Shown in pieces: positions 59,825 through 64,000 of a stretch of 64,000 nt of DNA. This stretch comes from Nitrospirota bacterium. Lineage in GTDB: Bacteria; Nitrospirota; UBA9217. The position numbers were made by a program, and so were the translations under genes. Positions within the stretch are counted from its first letter, which is position 1. Each line of letters starts with the position of its first letter. The stretch lies in the NCBI GenBank assembly GCA_963754875.1, contig CAVWHO010000019.1:32001-96000 (forward strand). Direction: 5' to 3'. The notes below the pieces were generated by a model. It was not told the DNA's origin, searched no databases, and saw nothing but the letters and a program-made list of their open reading frames with translations.

Positions 59825-60019
59825 TTACGAGAGAACAGCTTTCACCCGTCCCACAGCTCCGCTCTCAAGCCTTACCTTGATCCCGTGCGGGTGCGTGGGA
59901 GATTTTGTCAGTATCTCAGCCACAATCCCTTCGGTCAAGTTACCGCTCCGCTGGTCGCTCTTCAATACGATCGAAACACGCAAGCCCCGTGTAATGTCAG
60001 CACGTCTCGTCCCATCCAT
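59825..60019 (-). CDS. YwbE-family (DUF2196) protein
   Basis: IVLKSDQRSG.LTEG.V..ILT.S..HPHGIKVRL..G.VGRV. Confidence 0.9.
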   Translation of the reverse strand: MDGTRRADITRGLRVSIVLKSDQRSGNLTEGIVAEILTKSPTHPHGIKVRLESGAVGRVKAVLS

Positions 60020-60195
60020 AATACATTTCTCAAAGTAACGTATCGTTACGGCTCGATTGAGTAGTGCAGCCTACCTTATGTGAACATGAAATGCAAGAAT
60101 TTTGAAAGGCAAGGGCCAGTCCGCAAATATAGCTAGCCCCTTGCCCCTTAGGGGAACCTAATGTACGCTAAACATCGACCGCTTGTTGCAACCAG

Positions 60196-60910
60196 CTACT
60201 TTTTTACATCCACCATTAAAAGCTCGGCATCGTTTTCAGCAACTACGTCAATCTCTGCTTCCTCGGTGATCATTGCCGCGCCCAGGGTCGGCACTTTCGT
60301 GCTATTCACGGTTATCGGTCCTCCCTCCAGCACGTAAAGATAAATACCCCGTCCGTCCTCAAGCTCATAATGCTCGGTCTTCCCGGCATGAAGAAAACTG
60401 GAAAGCACCCTGGCATCGGAAACGATCGGCAGGGTGCCCTTATCCCTGTTCGATACCAGCGGCAGAAACCTGTCAGTCCTGCTCTCCTTCTCGATTGCCT
60501 TCTGTTCTACGGCGGGTTCGAGGCCTTGCTTGGACGGGTAGAACCACATCTGGATGAAGCGCATCGGCTCGTCCGGACAGATTGTTGATCTCCGAGTGCC
60601 ACATGCCGCGGCCGACCGTCGTATGCTGCACCCATCCTTTCTTGAGAACGCCGCCTTTGCCGCGCTCGTCCGCGTGCCTGAATTCCCCGGCAGCAACGTA
60701 GGTGACGACCTCGTTGTCCTGATGGGGATGGAGCGGCCAGACTGCGCCGGGTGTCAGCGTGTCATCATTAAAGACGCGAAGCTCTCCAAAATCTTTAAAT
60801 CGGGGATCAAAGTAATCGCCGAAGGAGAAATGCCATCTTCCGTGGAAGTCTCCGTTCTCGATCTCGCCATCGATCTGATATATGTTTTTGGGATCACGAA
60901 CCTGTATCAT
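60196..60910 (-). CDS. Pirin-family protein (frameshift near 60577)
   Basis: HFSFGDYFDP...LRVFNDD, HPHQDNEVVTY, GMWHSE, then FIQMWF in the second frame. Confidence 0.9.
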
Positions 60911-61121
60911 GGTTTGCCTCCTTTTCCTTAAAAGAGGAGCTATATCCTCTCGTTGCATTATACATCAGAGGCATACCGTTTTTGCTATGAAAAAAGTGTC
61001 TGGTTTTTATAGGATTCATCGGCACGCGCGCTGCCTACCTTTTTAACGGATTTTTTAGACTTTCCCGAGAACTCAATTCCGCGTTCCGCAATGCGTCCAT
61101 CCGTGGTACAATAATCATGCA

Positions 61122-62969
61122 ATGACCCTCGAAGAAAAACTCCAGAACCTCCCGGACGAGCCGGGAGTCTATATGATGAAGGACAGCCGGGGGCACATCA
61201 TCTACATCGGCAAGGCCGTGTCCCTCTGGAACCGGGTCCGTTCGTATTTTCAGAAGGGCAGCAAAGGCGAGAAGACCGAGATCATGGTACGCCAGATCGC
61301 CGACCTTGAGACTATCGTGACCCACACCGAGCTTGAGGCCCTGGCGCTCGAATCGAACCTTATCAAGAAACACCATCCCCGGTACAACATCATCCTTCGC
61401 GACGACAAGAACTATCCGTACCTCCGGTTCGATCTGAAACCCGAATATCCCCGGCTCGAGGTCGTGCGCAGGATCAAGAAGGACGGCGCTCTCTACTACG
61501 GTCCCTATGTCCCGGCCGGCGGCATGTGGGAGACGCTCGCGCTCATCCGCCGCACGTTCCCGATCGCCCCGTGTAAGATCGAATTCAAGGCGGACAAGCC
61601 GGGGCGTCCCTGCATCCAGTTCCAGATCGGCCGCTGCTTGGGGCCGTGCTCGGGAGAAGTTGACAAGGCAGCATATTCCGACGTCGTTTCCCAGGTCCGT
61701 TTTTTCCTCGAAGGCAAGAACCGCGACCTCCTCGATATGCTGAAGCAGCGCATGGAAGAAGCATCAGAGAAAATGGAATACGAGCGGGCTGCCGAGCTCC
61801 GCGACCGGATCGCGAAGATAGAGGGCGCATTCGAAAAACAGAAGATCATTTCTTCCGGCTTTGAGAACCAGGACGTGATCGGCATGGCCTTCGAAACCGA
61901 TCGCGCGGACATCCAGGCGCTCTTTATCAGGAACGGCCTGCTGCTGGGGCGGAAGGATTTTTATCTCGACGACGTGCGGGGCATGACCGAAGAGGAAGTG
62001 TTGAACGACTTTCTGCGCCAGTTCTATGCAAAAGAGATGATCGTGCCACCCGAGGTTCTTCTTCCGATCGAGGTTCCTGACCGCGCGACCATCGAGCATT
62101 GGCTCATGGACAAGCGTGACGCTAAAGTGGAGGTTCTGGTACCGCAGCGCGGCCGAAAGCGAGAGCTCGTCCAGATGGCATCGGACAATGCGGCGCAGTC
62201 GTTGCGGGAACACACCCTTTCGCAGAGGAGCAAAGAAAAGATCCTGCTGCGGCTCCAGGAGGAACTGGGGCTCCTGAACCTGCCGCGCAGGATAGAGGCC
62301 TTCGATATCTCGCAGATCCAGGGCACCGAGTCTGTCGCGAGCATGGTGTCCTTCGAGGACAACCTGCCGGACAAAAGAAACTACAAGAAATTCAAGATTC
62401 GGACCGTTGCGGGCCAGGATGACTTCGCGAGCATGGCGGAAGTCATCAGGCGGAGGTATACCAGGGCGAAGGAAGAGGGCGTCCTGCCCGATCTGATCCT
62501 GATCGACGGAGGCAAAGGCCAACTCAACGCGGCACTCGACGTGCTGAAGGAATTAGACGTAAAAGGTCCCGATATCATCGGTCTTGCCAAGGCCCGGAGC
62601 GGCGACGAGGGTGCTGAACGGGAATTTGAACGCGTATTCCTGCCCGGTGTTGACGAGCCGGTGATCCTTGATCCGACGAGCGCTGTTACCCACCTGGTCG
62701 CGCGGGTGCGCGATGAGGCGCACCGGTTCGCGATCACCTATCATCGCAAACTTAGGGAGAAGCGAGCCGTGCATTCGGAGCTCGATGATATTACCGGCAT
62801 CGGCGAAACGAGGAAAAAAGCGCTGCTGCGGCATTTCGGGAGCGTCGAAAAGATCAAACAGGCGACTGTGGAAGAACTGGCAGTGGTGAAGGGGATGTCG
62901 AAGAAGGTAGCGGAGGAAGTAGCAAACTATTTTCAAGGCGCCAGGGTTCAGGGACGAGGGTCCTGGTAA
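61122..62969 (+). CDS. uvrC: Excinuclease ABC subunit C
   Basis: GIY-YIG (PGVY..IYIGKA), UVR domain, IEAFDIS, IDGGKGQ, RDEAHRFA, HhH. Confidence 0.98.
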   Translation: MTLEEKLQNLPDEPGVYMMKDSRGHIIYIGKAVSLWNRVRSYFQKGSKGEKTEIMVRQIADLETIVTHTELEALALESNLIKKHHPRYNIILRDDKNYPYLRFDLKPEYPRLEVVRRIKKDGALYYGPYVPAGGMWETLALIRRTFPIAPCKIEFKADKPGRPCIQFQIGRCLGPCSGEVDKAAYSDVVSQVRFFLEGKNRDLLDMLKQRMEEASEKMEYERAAELRDRIAKIEGAFEKQKIISSGFENQDVIGMAFETDRADIQALFIRNGLLLGRKDFYLDDVRGMTEEEVLNDFLRQFYAKEMIVPPEVLLPIEVPDRATIEHWLMDKRDAKVEVLVPQRGRKRELVQMASDNAAQSLREHTLSQRSKEKILLRLQEELGLLNLPRRIEAFDISQIQGTESVASMVSFEDNLPDKRNYKKFKIRTVAGQDDFASMAEVIRRRYTRAKEEGVLPDLILIDGGKGQLNAALDVLKELDVKGPDIIGLAKARSGDEGAEREFERVFLPGVDEPVILDPTSAVTHLVARVRDEAHRFAITYHRKLREKRAVHSELDDITGIGETRKKALLRHFGSVEKIKQATVEELAVVKGMSKKVAEEVANYFQGARVQGRGSW

Positions 62970-63047
62970 TAGAGGGGGAGATTATAGAGGGACATGGTTG
63001 TTTTTCCTGGCCCCGGATAGTGCCCCCTTTTCATCCAAGGAGTTTTC

Positions 63048-63896
63048 ATGACCAACGAACAATGGCTGGACATATTCAAACAGATCGGGAAAAAGATGTG
63101 CGACGGGATCACTGCGACCCTGAGAAAGGAAGGCGGCACCATACCGCTGGGCAAGGGTGCGGGCGGCGACAAGACCTTTCCCGTGGACAAGTGGGCGGAG
63201 GACATCGTCATCGCGGCGCTCGAGAAAGCGCACCAAGAGGGCGAGACCTTCACGCTCATTTCCGAGGAGCTCGGCGTCAGGAAGTTCGGGGAAGGCAAAA
63301 AGATCGTGCTCGTCGATCCCATCGACGGGAGCAACAACGCAAAGAGCGGGATCCCGTTTTTTTCCACGTCCCTCGCGCTGCTGAACAGCGACACGCTGGA
63401 TACGCTTGCCGTGGGCTACGTGATCAACCTTGCGGCAGGCGATGAGTTCTGGGCGCTGCGCGGAAGCGGCGCCTACAAGAACGGCATGGCGCATCACAGA
63501 CGTCGGCGACCGAGGGTATCACGATCGTGGCATACGAGGCATCGTCCCCGAAAGTCCGACCTGCCGCGTCTCCTGCCGCTTCTTGGCGCAGGCGAGGCGG
63601 ACTCGTTGCTTCGGCTCCACGGCACTCGACCTCGCGTACCTTGCTTCGGGAGCGACGAGCGTGTTCGCGACCGCCACGGCGTCCCGTGCCTTCGATTACG
63701 CGGCCGGCATGCTGATCCTCACGGAGGCGGGCGGTGTGATCACCGATCTCTCGGGGGGGCGCTCGACCGTGTTGTCGTCGGTCTTGAACGGACTGCTCCG
63801 CTGCTGGCGAGCAAGAACAAGGCGACGCACGCGCTGGCGTTGAACACTCTTACTGCGCAAGGCGGGATAATAAATTCGCTCAGTATTGACATGTAA
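63048..63896 (+). CDS. Inositol monophosphatase / FBPase family protein (several frameshifts between about 63490 and 63760)
   Basis: GAGGDKTFPVD, SEE, DPIDGS; RCFGSTALDLAYLA and FDYAAG..ILTEAGG in an alternative frame. Confidence 0.85.
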   Translation: MTNEQWLDIFKQIGKKMCDGITATLRKEGGTIPLGKGAGGDKTFPVDKWAEDIVIAALEKAHQEGETFTLISEELGVRKFGEGKKIVLVDPIDGSNNAKSGIPFFSTSLALLNSDTLDTLAVGYVINLAAGDEFWALRGSGAYKNGMAHHRRRRPRVSRSWHTRHRPRKSDLPRLLPLLGAGEADSLLRLHGTRPRVPCFGSDERVRDRHGVPCLRLRGRHADPHGGGRCDHRSLGGALDRVVVGLERTAPLLASKNKATHALALNTLTAQGGIINSLSIDM

Positions 63897-63919
63897 TTCT
63901 TTTTATGTAATTATGAAGC

Positions 63920-64000
63920 ATGGCATTAGTGAACCACACCACGCGCGAAATTAACGCGAAGATCGTTTATTACGGACCCGGCCTTTGTGGTAAAACGACG
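63920..64000 (+). CDS. MglA-like small GTPase, 5' fragment
   Basis: MALVNHTTREINAKIVYYGPGLCGKTT. Confidence 0.85.
   Translation, partial: MALVNHTTREINAKIVYYGPGLCGKTT

Noticed and set aside
61020..61036. Sigma54-like GG-N10-GC upstream of uvrC
   Set aside because: Poor match to TGGCAC-N5-TTGC, and a better extended -10 lies next to the start codon

Overview
A GC-rich bacterial chromosome segment, most consistent with an anaerobic or microaerophilic Nitrospirota/Desulfobacterota-type organism (inference from gene content). It carries about 58 genes. These include a conserved pheA-hisC-aroF-tyrA-aroA-cmk-ispH-rpsA-sppA-ihfB operon, a reduced alternative-complex-III (ACIII)/Qrc-like respiratory cluster, glycogen genes (glgB, glgC), uvrB/uvrC, pepA, rlpA, several c-di-GMP and two-component signalling proteins, and a DUF2844/DUF3443 pair. 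I recognised no rRNA, tRNA, CRISPR array or transposase. Many genes have 1-bp frameshifts, most likely assembly indels. Main observations: (1) a small membrane-anchored ORF (19204 to about 18976, minus strand) whose in-frame UGA is followed by an fdhF-like SECIS hairpin, making it a candidate unannotated selenoprotein; (2) a nested, modular MITE-like repeat family seen in both empty and filled forms, two copies of which bracket actB-actC in inverted orientation; (3) a DUF3443 lipoprotein with two pepsin-type DTG/DSG motifs, translationally coupled to DUF2844; (4) a heme-c (CxxCH) sensor GGDEF-EAL protein; (5) a family of intergenic inverted 9-mer/7-mer repeat elements and a structured attenuator-like leader.
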